Shown: one piece after another, positions 14,591-27,363 of the stretch
Position numbering within the stretch: position 1 is the first letter of the stretch
Layout of the letters: each line of letters starts with the position of its first letter
NCBI GenBank assembly: GCA_964016885.1
Contig: OZ024741.1
Span: 378,324,001 to 378,388,000 of the forward strand
Length of the DNA: 64,000 bases
Direction of reading: 5' to 3'
DNA from: Eledone cirrhosa
Taxonomy: Eukaryota
The notes under the pieces: generated by a model
Told to the model about the DNA's origin: nothing
Seen by the model: only the letters and a program-made list of their open reading frames with translations
The model's database searches: none
Program-made: the position numbers and the translations under genes

Positions 14591-15899
14591 ACATTAGAAA
14601 CGTTAATTGTTAAATTGGATACATTAAAAATAATTTTCGACTATGAGTAATTATATGCTTTTTTTCTATCTATACTTGATCAACTATATAACACCGATAT
14701 TTACATCGATACTTAATAGTACGTTACAGCTATATATCTTAGGAATATATTCTATCTGGAACGTACAATTGAGTATCGATGTATACACTCTGATTTTTAA
14801 CTCTAATTTAAATGTTCATTTGATGCATCTATATAATACTCGTCGAAACCTTTATTTCATTTATGGCTATCCTAAAATGCATAATATATTCGTTCCTAAA
14901 TATTTATCTGTCTCAGTTGCCCCTAATTATATTATATAAGTATCGTTACATATAGAACATTTAAATAACTTCATTGTATCCTCTACGAATTTTTCGAATC
15001 TCAGCAATTCATCTAGTGCATCGGTATAGTACTTTATATTTGCCTTTAGTCTACACCAAACAGACAATTCAATATAAAACGATAATTATTATTTATGGAG
15101 TAAATATGTTTCTATCTGAGTTTATTCTGGTTTCCTATGTGGAATTTATCAAAACCAGAAAGATAATATGTAGTCAATTCAAAGCCAACAGTCATTGATA
15201 GCAGATATTCTACCTATCACCTTCTAATATAAATGGCAGTGTACGCGTCAAGTGGATACTTAGAAACATGAGAGTTTAACTTGTGTCAGAATGTCTTTAT
15301 CCTCATTTTAAGGAAATTCATTTAGTTTACACCTTGCAAATATATAGATATGATATGGTAAAATATGAGGGGTTTCGAACCATACCTAAATTAAAAGGGT
15401 AATACGCAGGGGTATTTTATAACTACATTAAATATGTACACAATTTCAATGCACTGTGAAGCATGTTTTTATAATTTTTGAAATTTATTTCGGGAACATT
15501 TCAAAAATTATCTCGAACTTACTTTTTACATTGACTATTATGAAATACACCATAAACAGTGCGACACTGATGATAATAAAAACACTGATGGATAATGTTG
15601 GTAAATAATTATAAAATATGAAATCATCTAAGCGATAAAAGGTTAAATACGTACTTTATATTATTGTGTCGAGACATGATCACTTTTGACATTTGCGCAG
15701 ATCTAGAATATATATTCTAAAGAAAAGTACAGCATTACTAAGAGAAAGACAATACAATCACTCTATATATGTGTTTTATTCTCTGATAATGTACCTCAAG
15801 TTTACATCTTGCATGTAGGATGTACATTAAATAATTGGTCATGGTGATATCGGTAGGTAGGTATTCAAACAACTTTCACCATCATCGGAATGTTATTGG

Positions 15900-16520
15900 C
15901 AAGAATGGCTTCTTAAATGTCATACATCTCATGGGAGAAAGCACATTAGACATTGGAAATACTTATCAATATACTTCTTGGTAAATGTCCGTCAACATAA
16001 TGTAATTTCTAATAAAAATATTAGGATGGTTATAATCTGGGTTTTACTACTATTTCATTCAAATATATTAACGTCATTTTTTATTATCAAAGCACATCTT
16101 GCTTAACTATTTAGAAAAGGAAAGAATGCCAAATTATCTAACAAGAATTGTAAGAAAGATGAAGGAAGCAATTTACAAAGAGTACAAACTTATCGCATCA
16201 TTTATAACAATGCGGAGTGATAGTTGCAACTTATATAACGAAGCAATAAAGAAACATAAATATCTGATCTTTACAAGGTGTTTTAACGATTCCGTCATTC
16301 GAATACCCTGATTTATTTCATTCAGTTTTTGTTATCGTAAGAGATTATGAATCTTAAAGATGAAGTTGGTGGGATTTGAACTTCTATTTGAGAATTCCAT
16401 CTTTTTCCATAGTTTTTCATTCCGATAGTAGATTATAAATTTTTGTTTACTTTGCTTTTGCCATTATATTTTGATTTAAATATATCTCAATTACGTTGCA
16501 CCGCGTGCTTCAAATTAATC
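15900..16520 (-). pseudogene. Weak candidate decayed Cys-loop receptor fragment
   Basis: TRC...FKSKY...GMKNYGKRWN...L*RSDIYVSLLL...SFLQF. Same motif order as the other copies but very degenerate. Confidence 0.3.
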
Positions 16521-17329
16521 TTCATACATTTTGGTAGCTGCTGTCGTTATAATTAGATCGTCATGTTAAATAAGTTTGTTTTTAATAAGATGAAATACTG
16601 CAAGTTAGTCAAATATATTTTACACTGAAACGAATTACTCAACATTTTGAATTTGTACGAAAAATACTTTTCAAATTCAATCGTATTCATTATGCCATTT
16701 CTCTCTTTTATCTCAGATATTACTGTTTTCTTCCGTCAATTATTTTTCTCCTTACCGTGCCATTCATCTCTCAGCTAATGGAATCCACAAACTATATAAT
16801 TTTCTATCTTGCTAATAGGAGAATAATGTTCAGACTTGCCATCCAAATGTTATTTACTTCTTAGTAATTTAGTGAGTTTGCAAAGTATTTGAGCAAACAC
16901 ACTCAGATTATAGTTTACTACATCCTACTTTAAGCTAAATATTTAGTTAATGATATTTATTTCCTATTTCTAGTATTTGAAAATTATGAGATTAATAATC
17001 TAGAGTCTACTTGTAGCTATTTAGGAATTTCTTTTCTATTAAAACATGCTAAACCTTAAAAATGAATAAAATAGAGATCATCAAGTATATCATAATTATC
17101 ACCATATATTTTCATTTATCAAATTAATATTATTATTAATATTGGTTATCGGAAAGTGTAGACGGGTATTTGGAAGCTCCGTGTGTTACTGAATTTGAGT
17201 TGTTTTCTTAATTTATATTTGCTATGTTTCATTGCCAAAGGGTCGTAACACATTCTTCTGTGTCCTGTGAAGGGGATGTGCTATAATGTTTTGGGTTGTT
17301 GGCCCAACACTTTGAACATTGTGTATTTT

Positions 17330-20300
17330 TAAAAGAATAGAATCGAGAGAAAAAAGAAGAAATGGCTGAGCCATGCCCACAAGGGAAAGTCAGCGGCTTA
17401 AACGTTGAGAGGAAGGATACGGTAAACACAAAAATGTATTCCTCAAACACCACCACAAACAACATGAAGAACAACAGCAACAATAGTAACAGTTAGACAC
17501 TATTTCTTTTTAAATGACAAACCCAACCATGGCAGTTACAGCGAAAACCAGAAGACAGACAACAGCAACAATGACAACAAAAACAACGAAATTGACACAA
17601 CAAACAAGAACAGCGACAGCAAAAACAGCAACAAAATCAACTGCATCGATATCAACAACAGCGGCACCAAAGACAAAACCAATTGCAACAGCGATAACAG
17701 CAACAACACCAACAAAAGCAATGACTACAACAGCGACAAAATCAGTAGAAGTATTAGCAGTAGCAACAACAACACCAACAACACTGGGAGTATCATTATC
17801 AGCAGCAATAGCACCAACAACAAGACAAGTAGAAACAGTAGCGGCAGTAGTTGGTGCCGCTGAAAACGGAAACATTTCTGTTGCGGGGGCAGCCCGGAAT
17901 GTAGAGACAGTGATAGTCACGGAGGAGGGCATGGCGGTTGCAAGGGCCATGGTGACTCGGAAAGCAAGTAGAGTCTTCTTGAAACCTCCACCCGATTTTT
18001 TCAAAGACCAACATCTGCGAACGGTGATAAACCATACTACGAGCAAAAAATCGTGTCGGGTGGAGAGAACTCAAATTCAACAGGTGATGGGATGCCTGGA
18101 GGTAAATCCTATTCCATCGTGGATACATTTTTTGCCACCAGCCCAAGAGACGAAATCTCAATCTTTGGTAACCCTAAATAATGAGGAGATAGTGTTGGTG
18201 CCCTACTACTGCGGGCCACATCTGTAATCGGCGGAGTCGAGAAAAGGACGACCACGTTGCAAGTGCAGCGGATAGTGAGGAAAACCTTGTCGGGTATTGG
18301 AAAGCAAATGCTAATCCAAACTGACCAGGAGTGTATCGAGGCTATCCCGGACATCAGAGACCTCGAAATAAGGACTTCAACTTCCTATAAGCGTGGGAGA
18401 AAAGCGCCCAAAGTGTTATCATTTGGGGTCAAAGGTCACCTCAAGGCCTACTGCCTGCAGAAGACAGCAAATGAGCAGGCCACCCTCCTCCCGACACCTG
18501 GTCCGCTGCTACCCGTAACATAGCAGGAAATAGAGGTCTCAGGGCGTTATGATCTGTGTAGGAATGCAAAATCCGTGGCACACATACCAAGGCGACGGAC
18601 CACTAAAAGAGCGGTCACTGGCGACGAATCGCCGGAGCGGGCTGCACTATCACCACAAACGATCGTGGAGCTCATACCATTCCCAAACCCCATGGAATCC
18701 GACATGGTGTCTAAGACAGGAATTGAGTGGCAAAAGGTATGTCACAAAAAGTAAATAAAAAACCCCTTAGCTTTGCCCTCCAAAAGCAAGGGCAAACAAA
18801 GTGGGGAAAAGTTTGCAAGGCGACTTGCAGAAAAACTCCATCACTAGCAACAACAACCGTACCACCATCAGCATCACGACAAACACTAACATTGCAAACA
18901 CAACAAGGCTCACACACCCAACAGCTGCAAGAAAGCATCAACAAACCAAACCATTTCCCCCAAAAGTACACAGCCATAAATATTGCAAATAAGGAACGTA
19001 TAGAACAGATAAAGATGCACGCAAACATTACAGACAAACAATACTACACCCCACCAAAACCAAGAACATTACCGAAAGACATAATCATTGTCAGGTAAAA
19101 CTAGAACAATACAACCATTTAAAACAACCTTTTTCCAACTGCATTGGCGACTTCAGGGGTAGCTTACACGGGTATTAATTTGGAGAAACCCATGACCAGG
19201 CCGAAGTGAAGGTTCGACTGTCCGTTTTCCACATGATCAATATAGGTGTTATTTTCTCTCTTACACCTAACGTCTCCCAACATGGCCGTACTTAGAATTG
19301 GCAGTGTAAATGTACGTGGCCTGGGGTCATTTTAGAAGCAGGGACCCTGCCTCACGACCTCAGGTAACTAAACATAGAGGTGGTAGCCACCAGCGAGACC
19401 AGAATATCAGAAGCAAGAGCTTTCACACCGATCTTCAGTGGCTACGGTGTATATGCATCTCCCATCTGTCGTGGGGGAGGGAGGGGGTGCCTTTTCTGTG
19501 CCTTTTCGGAGAGGCGTGGATCCCGCCATACAGGCCAACTTCATGGACCCAGAAGCTAAGTCGGTGTTAGGGGCATGACGGGCAGATTTCTTCAGACGTC
19601 TAGAGACCTTTCTGAGAACATCCCGCTCTTTAGTGTTAGTGGGCTACTGGGACGGTATCTTAGATGCACGCTGGAATTATGTGGGGCTAGTAGATAGGGG
19701 AGGAGTGTGTAAAATCATCACCAACCCGCTCAGATGTCGTGACTCGTCTGACAGGTATCGACTGGATTATCCGAATGTGCCTATGTGCATATGGGCAAAC
19801 CTCATCGGGTCATCCAGATCGTATATAGATAGAGTATGCTGTAGGGAAACAGATAAGTCTGTAGGGAGTCAGTAGGTTGTCCAAAATGTAAAGTAGTCCA
19901 CGACACAGATCACAAATTTGTGATATGTGTAGTCGAGTTGAATAGACTCCATAGCCTAGAGTCCGGTTACTGGAGGCTAAACGCGTCATTCCGGGCGCGC
20001 ATATTTGATAGAGATCAGATTAGCGAATTAGTTAAGCGTGTGTTGACGGGGGCGATCGTCAACAACTGGTGGTGGTTCATACTGAAACGGGCAATTAGAG
20101 TAGAATTGATAAGGGAGAAGCGATAGAGGAAAATAGAGTAGAGGGAGAGCTAGCTAGAAAACTAGAAGATGCGTTTAGGACGGGCACTGCAACCGACGTG
20201 CTGCGTTGTCAGAGCTAGAGCTCGTGCTTTGAGACACGAGGGGACGAAAACCGTTCATTGGGCCCAGGTGGAGGCACAATGAGGCATCAAAGCCATACTT

Positions 20301-22295
20301 TGCATTTCGCTCGAACCCGAGGAAGATGTTTGAGGCTTTTAGCAGCAATTTGCTCGACTATTCGGGAGCAGCCATGGGCCGGATCGGACTATGGACTTCG
20401 GTGCATATCTCGACGGACTGTTACGGCTCTCGATGTCCGCAGCGATATTGTTGCGATAACCCGAGAAGAGCAGGTGAAATACGGGAAGCGATGTCTCACT
20501 GCACGATGGATAAATCGCCAGGTTTGGATGGTGTCCTACGAGCTAGATGGCTACATGCCAAGTTTGTTAGATGGCCTCTTGGGAGCAGAACGTGAGATTT
20601 CCAGTTTTGTGAACCGGGAAGTGGTAGCGTTGCTGAGAAAAGACCCGAAGACGGGGGGGGGGGCGTCATAGTATACTTCATATCAATGCATTGTGGGGGT
20701 GGACGGTAGTTAGCTAGGGAATGTAGCACGGCTGGAGCCTTTATCAATTTAGATCAGTCGAAAGTATTTCATAGTGTCGACCATCGGTATTAGGGAGTTG
20801 TCTCTCGGCAGCCGGCTCTAGAACCGTCTTCAGAATATGGATCACTCAGTGAGGAGTGTGAACGATCACCTTTTGGAACAATTCAACATCATGCGCTCAG
20901 TCTGCCAAGGATGTCTCCTCTCGTGGATTTTGTACATAATAGATTCCGAAGCATTACTGCAGAATCTAAATCCGTTGAGGGGCGTCCTGTACAAATTGGG
21001 ATGCGCGAGAACCGTATCAGCTTATGCGGACGAAGTCACCGTAGTGGTGTCGAGCACCATACACTTTGACATGAACTAGAGGAATACGAGTCGGCAAATG
21101 GAGCAAAAATTAACCAGAAAAAATAGGTGGGCCTATGGCTCGGCATCGGTAGAGCCAGATCCATGGAGCCCAACCGCGTCGTCAGGTGCTGGACAGACGC
21201 ACCGCTTCAATTTCTAGCGGTGTAGTTTTGACTGGACCTCGAAAGGGACAGAAACTGGGACGTGGTGGTCTCTCGTGCAGAAATGGGCCGAGAGATAGCT
21301 ATCCCTGAAATATCAATGAGTAATAGCAAACGCATACATCTCATCCGTCATCTACTAACAGCTGAGCCTCGTGCCTTCTAATACTCCGGAACGTTTGTCA
21401 TTTCCCTTTTTGTGGAAAGGAAGCGATCCGATGTTCAGGTGGTCCATCTGCTGTCAACACCCAGTACATGGTGCAGTGTATAGCTGAGGATGCGTAGACA
21501 TGAGCTGGGCCTTCGTCATCTCCAGATCTTCCTTGAGGGTGATCAGGTGTGGAATGTTTACAGGTGGTCAGAGACATCAGTCAATTGGGCCCTGCAATCG
21601 GTGGTACCGAGGAGCTATGCCCGGTTGGATTACGTCGACTGGGATGAAAGAAACGTCAGCTGGACCTGTCCGAGATGTGCGCAGGGCAAAAAAACCTCCT
21701 GCAGGCACTCATCCAGTGTCTGTGCATTTCTGACTTGAGGGTTTAAATCGAACACCCTTTGTCACCTGTAGGATGAGTCCGGTTATCAGCTAATTCTACC
21801 ATGAAGATTGACCTACCATCTTCCTTGAGACGGGATGGACATGCCGTTATTATATATCCGGTGTCCGTGGCAAATGAGATCATGTGGTAGCCACGATTGA
21901 AATGGCTGAAGAATAGCGCTTACCTCTTCAGTGAAGACCTGATTATCTTTTTTAAACTTAATTTGAAAAGTAAATTCAGGGCGGAGAGGCTATTATTTGA
22001 AAGATGTGTGAGGGAGGCGAGCATGGCCCCTTACTCTGTGTATGTGCCTGTAGATTAGAGGGGAAGACGAGAGAGGTCACTTGCACTAGTGATCTGGGTC
22101 CCAGAGGCTTTTTTGTGGGTTTCTCCACTAGTGACGGCCGGAAATCTCCCCTCTGTTGAGAAGTTTTCCTTTGTTTCACTTTTTCGTTACATCCTTTGTT
22201 TTTTTTTATGTTCTTCTTTTTATTCACATAAATGCCCATTTCTACTGTCCTATGATGTTCTTTATATTATGTTTTGTGTCAACCCTTGAGAATAA
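17330..22295 (+). mobile_element. L1/Tx1-like LINE, decayed: (CAA)-rich 5' region, ORF1 with zinc-knuckle remnant, ORF2 APE-RT-Zn
   Basis: ORF1 GVKGHLKAYC; ORF2 starts ~19282 with MAVLRIGSVNVRGLG (APE motif I); SYIDRV; KSPGLDG; SVCQGCLLSWILY; AYADEV; TCPRC near the C-terminus; T-rich 3' tail. Confidence 0.88.
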
Positions 22296-22319
22296 TTAAG
22301 AAATGTATTACTATTGTTA

Positions 22320-23390
22320 GGCGGTGAATTAGCAGTATCGGTAGAGGGTCGGACACCATGATTTGACGCATAGAGTTACAGCCCTTGCCATTCTGAGTTC
22401 ACATCCCGCGGAGGTTAACTTTGCCTTTCATCCTTACGGGGTCGATAAAATAAAGTACCAGTAATGTACTGGGTAATTGCTGGCCTTGTGCTAATAGTAG
22501 AAACAGTTATTACTATTGTTATTATTATTTGGCAGTATCGGTAGAGGGTGGGACGCCATGCTTTAACTCATGAAGTTACGGTCCTTGCCATTCTGAGTTC
22601 AAATCCCGCCGAGGTTAACTTTGCCTTTCACCCTTACGGGGTCGATAAAATAAAGTACCAGTAATGCACTGTGTAATTGCTGGCCTTGTGCCAATAGTTG
22701 AAACAATTATTATTATTATTAATATTATTCTTTTTATCATTATTATTGTAGTGGATTGGCAGTATCGTTAGCAGGTCGGATGCCATGCTTTACAGCATTC
22801 AGTTACGGCCCTTTACCGTCGTTGGTCAAATCCCACCGAGATTAACTTTACCTTTCATCCTTACTTGGTCGATTAAATAAAGCACCAGCCACGCACTGGT
22901 GTCGATTTAATCGACTGTTCACTCTCCCTAAAATTGCTGACCTTGTGCCTATATAAAAAAAAACATTATTATTATTATGATAGGGCGGAGGAATGGCAGT
23001 ATCGGCAGAGTGTCGGGCGCCATGATTTGACTCATAGAGTTACGGCTTTTGCCATTCTGAGTTCAAATCCCGCCGAGGTTACCTTCGCCTTTCATCCTTA
23101 TGGGGTCGATAAAATAAAGTACCAGTAATACACTGGGTATTTTGTTGGACTTGTGCCAAAGTAGAAACAATTATTATGATTGGCAATATCGGTAGAGTGT
23201 CAGACACCATGCTTTACAGTATAGAGATATGGCCCTTTCCTTTCTGAGTTCAAATTCCGCCGAAGTTAATTTACCTTTCATCTTTACTTGGTCGATAAAA
23301 TAAAGTACCAGTCCCTCACTGCAGCCGATTTAATAGACTTTCTCCTCCCCAAAATCTGCTGGCCTTGTCCCTATGTAGGAACCATTATTG
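22320..23390 (+). mobile_element. Head-to-tail array of five tRNA-derived SINE copies
   Basis: Copies start at ~22320, 22530, 22750, 22983 and 23179. Each has ggcagtatcggtagag..., a B-box and the core; they are separated by (ATT)n tails. Confidence 0.92.
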
Positions 23391-24249
23391 TTATCATAGA
23401 TTGTTTGATTTTTTTTTTGTCTTTTGTTTTTTCGTTTTCCGAACAGAATTATTTTCCGAACAACTTATTTAGAGATATACAAATTTATTGCCTGATCCAA
23501 TCGTAATGTTATTTTTCTCTCTTATTAAAATTATATTTCAATAATTTCACAAAATATACTTTTGTAAATCACTGAACATTAGCCATTGTTAAATCTAGTG
23601 TGCGTGTACTTGAATTCATAAACATATATCATGGCATGTTTGTATCAATACTCTACATTACTTTCACTTTCCACATTAAACTTTCTATTGCTCGCACTCA
23701 TTTTTCTGCTAATGATTTTGTTTTATATCAATTTCCATATAGTTTATCCGTAATTACAATAAACCATACCAAATATAAATACATGATAAAAATTACTTTA
23801 ACCGAATTCATAAATGTAGATATTACCTGTAATGTATAATAATTGGAATGTATACTGTGAGGTTTGGAATAATGGTATGTCAAAATAGATCTTCAGTTAA
23901 TGTTCATAATAGGAAACAATGCATCTCACATTTATGCTACATATTTAAATACACGTAATTCCTCTCATTAGGATATTAAATGGGTTTTGAAAACAATTTA
24001 AGAAATTACTTTAATGCGTCTTATTTGAATGCTATGTAAATGTTTTCCTGTATATTTCAATTGATTACAAGCAGATTTCAAACACTTAGTAACAAACAAT
24101 GGTGAAGAGGGAGAATTAGATACCATTACACAATATCAATGTATAGGGTATGGTAAAATATATAACCAACATGATCGTTTCATATTAATTTCATGGTATT
24201 ATTTCACTGTATACGCATATTTATTCTTTTTTCCGAGAATCTTAGTGTT

Positions 24250-25240
24250 AGATTTTGCCGACCTATTTAATATTAGTTATCTTTTGCCAGGTCTGCACCT
24301 AAATTACTTCACACACATTTCTGTTACAAAATAACTTTACTTCCGTGTCTTTGATTTCCAATAGCTAAGAGCCGCATCTTTTACATTGCGAAAATGTTTG
24401 CTTGAATAATATTCGGTTGGGAAAGTGAAATAATGGTATTGGGGTTCCAGATGACATAGATGCTGCAGATATTTAATGTTGATTTGCTAATAGTCAACTA
24501 AAATTTGTAAAATAATTTAAAAACTCTCTCCACACACTTGATTGAACAGTCATTTGTAATCTCTGTTGCTGATCTAACAGCATCGTAACGAATACAACAA
24601 CAAACATACTATTTAATTAAAACCGGCATACTAATTCATGTTACAAAATGTTACATTCGTATCAAGCTGGTGGGAAACCAATAATGTAATAATTTATTCA
24701 GATAATGGGTGATGATAATTGTATCTACTTTTGGAACAAGGCCAGCAATAAGTTATTGGTGCTTTAATTTATCGACCCCGAAAAGTTGATATCGACGGGA
24801 TTTGAACTCAAATCATAAATGGCCGTAACTTTATGTTGCAAATGATGCGTTCAACCCTCTTCCGATACTGCCAATCCAACGCGATGATAATGCTGCATAT
24901 TCTTGCTACTTCTACCGCACCCTGCACCACCAACAACATGTATTTAACGTTAGTCAATCACCAACAAATGTCATCCTCTCATAATATCTTTACTGCTTAT
25001 TAACTTTGTCTCTTCTAATACAATAGAGAAAATAGAGTTGTTGGAACTTTCCCAAGCATACTAAATCCTTTCATCATATTAATTACTCGTGCGTTTGCAT
25101 TACAAGTAGTAGACTCACTCACATCTACATGCAATGAGTTCCCGCAAGTAGCCACACATCTGAAATACCTAACTGCCGATACTATCCTTGCATTTTGGAT
25201 TAATATCAATCACATTGATTGCAAAATTCAAAGGGAGCGT
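24250..25240 (-). pseudogene. Decayed Cys-loop (nAChR/chemotactile-receptor-like) gene interrupted by a SINE
   Basis: Exact C-x13-C (CGNSLHVDVSESTTC, 25146-25102); M1-M2 MPVLI/NSMFVVVFVTMLLDQQQRLQMTV (RLQMTV 24562-24545); pre-M4 TWQKI (~24290). Confidence 0.55.
24715..24880 (-). mobile_element. tRNA-derived SINE
   Basis: atcgaccccg...gggatttgaactca...ccgatactgccaatcc. Confidence 0.8.
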
Positions 25241-26075
25241 ACCCACGCTAAAATTAGACCTTATTCTTTTCTTCTTGCGAAGTCATTAAAACAAATAATA
25301 AGTAGACACGTACACACAAACATACATATAATCTACGGACATGATGGCCACATTTCACGCGCACTGTTTCCTTTAACCAACTGGTAATAGAAAAAAAAAA
25401 TTGTCCCGTATAATTCTGGAACTGGAAAATCACGTCATTGAAAAGTTCCCATTTTTACTACACAGCCATGCCTACTCTCAGTAAAAGCTACGTTAATCCG
25501 GGACGGGCTCGACATCCCCGCTATCGTGCCATCTACTTTATCTATATAAGAAATCTGATTGAGAGAATACAATGTGGAAGACTTATTCTAGATGAAGTTC
25601 TGAATTGATAGATTTTGGAGCCGGTAATTGATCATTCGTGTTTGGTATTAGCAGATATGAATGTGGTGGTTGTAAGGATTTAGATGTCGGTGGTGAGGAA
25701 TTAATGATGATAGTGCTGATTATAGTAATGATGTTGATGATGAGATTTGTAGATAAGGGAGTGGCCATGTTAATTATAATGGTGTTGATGAATATGTAGG
25801 TGATGATAATGCTAAATAGAAGGTGTTTCTTATTTATTAACACAACTGCTGCCATCTATGTTACTTCTAATTAGGCAATCAATCATGTTGATGTTAACAA
25901 TGTCAGAATGTTCATAACATCTGCTAAAAGTGCAAACCTTGTCATCATCTTTATCATAGTTGTCAACATCATCGCCATTATCATCATCACCTTATATAAT
26001 CATATTCATAACTAACATTATTCCCATCCACCTACATATAAACATTAACAACTGCTCCATCATCAACATCATAGT

Positions 26076-26455
26076 TGCTTCTTTGCATCATTTTCGACTC
26101 GAACAATAGGAACACCATGTTCATAAATGCTACTAGCGAAACCTCACATAGAAATTGTTTTTGTAATTCCAGTCCGGGAGACGCTGAAAACGATAATGCT
26201 GGCATTAATGATAGAGTTTCAAACGATAACGATAAAATTACAAATGGCTAGATGAAGATAAAATATACATCCACGTGATTTCAAATTGTAAACGCAAATC
26301 TCATTTGACGAAAACAACTAGAGAGCGGAAAGAACAGTAGCCATTCACCAATGTAGGTAGAAATAGTATAATATATATTCAGGAGTTTCTGCACTTCAAT
26401 ATTGATACGCTTGCGAAAAAGAATCTGGCGGATTGCCAGGCAGAAAAGTTTGCCT
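26076..26455 (-). pseudogene. Decayed Cys-loop receptor fragment (beta10-M1-M2-M3)
   Basis: With frameshifts: PDSFSQ/INIEVQK; IYIILFLPTLVNGYCSFRSLVVFVK*DLRLQFEIT (LRLQFEIT at 26297-26274); MPALSF...FLCEVSLVAFMNMVFLLF. Confidence 0.5.
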
Positions 26456-26979
26456 TTTCAAATAGTATCAACAAGAATATTTGGAAAAAGAACAAGGAAA
26501 CAATAAAACAATAAACAATACCAATAACAATGAAATCTCATCACAATTACTCATAAATACACATCGTTTTCTTTGCAATTTTTTCCTTCTTAAATCGAAA
26601 TGGTTGAAAAATAAGATGGAAACAATAGGGATCAAAGTTTACCATTTATCAAAGATTAGATTATAGACATTATCTTTAATACTTAGGAGATTTAGATAAA
26701 AAATAATAATAACAATAAATAAGAACGAATTGTAAAGTTTAACTCAGAGCAATGATGAGAAATGAATATCTAACGTAAGAAAAACATTTATTATTCGGTC
26801 AGGTTGGACAAACTTATATTCCCTCGGGAAGATTTACCCAGAAAAAAGCAAGAGCGTAAAGTAAATTCAATATCTGATTAACTCATATCTAACTGTGTGG
26901 TGTTTGTTGTTCTCTTTTTTATTATAAACATAGCTGAATAAAAAAAACACGAATATAGACACATCAGACTAATATAAAA

Positions 26980-27363
<384 letters not shown>

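Noticed and set aside
17514-18227. 237-aa Thr-rich ORF as a mucin-like host gene
   Set aside because: It is the low-complexity leader/ORF1 start of the L1/Tx1-like element.
22320-23390. CRISPR-like or tRNA gene array
   Set aside because: The units are ~200-bp SINEs with no unique spacers and no complete cloverleaf.
25640-26075. GAT-rich then CAT-rich tracts as an inverted repeat
   Set aside because: The complementarity is only compositional; these are decayed trinucleotide repeats.
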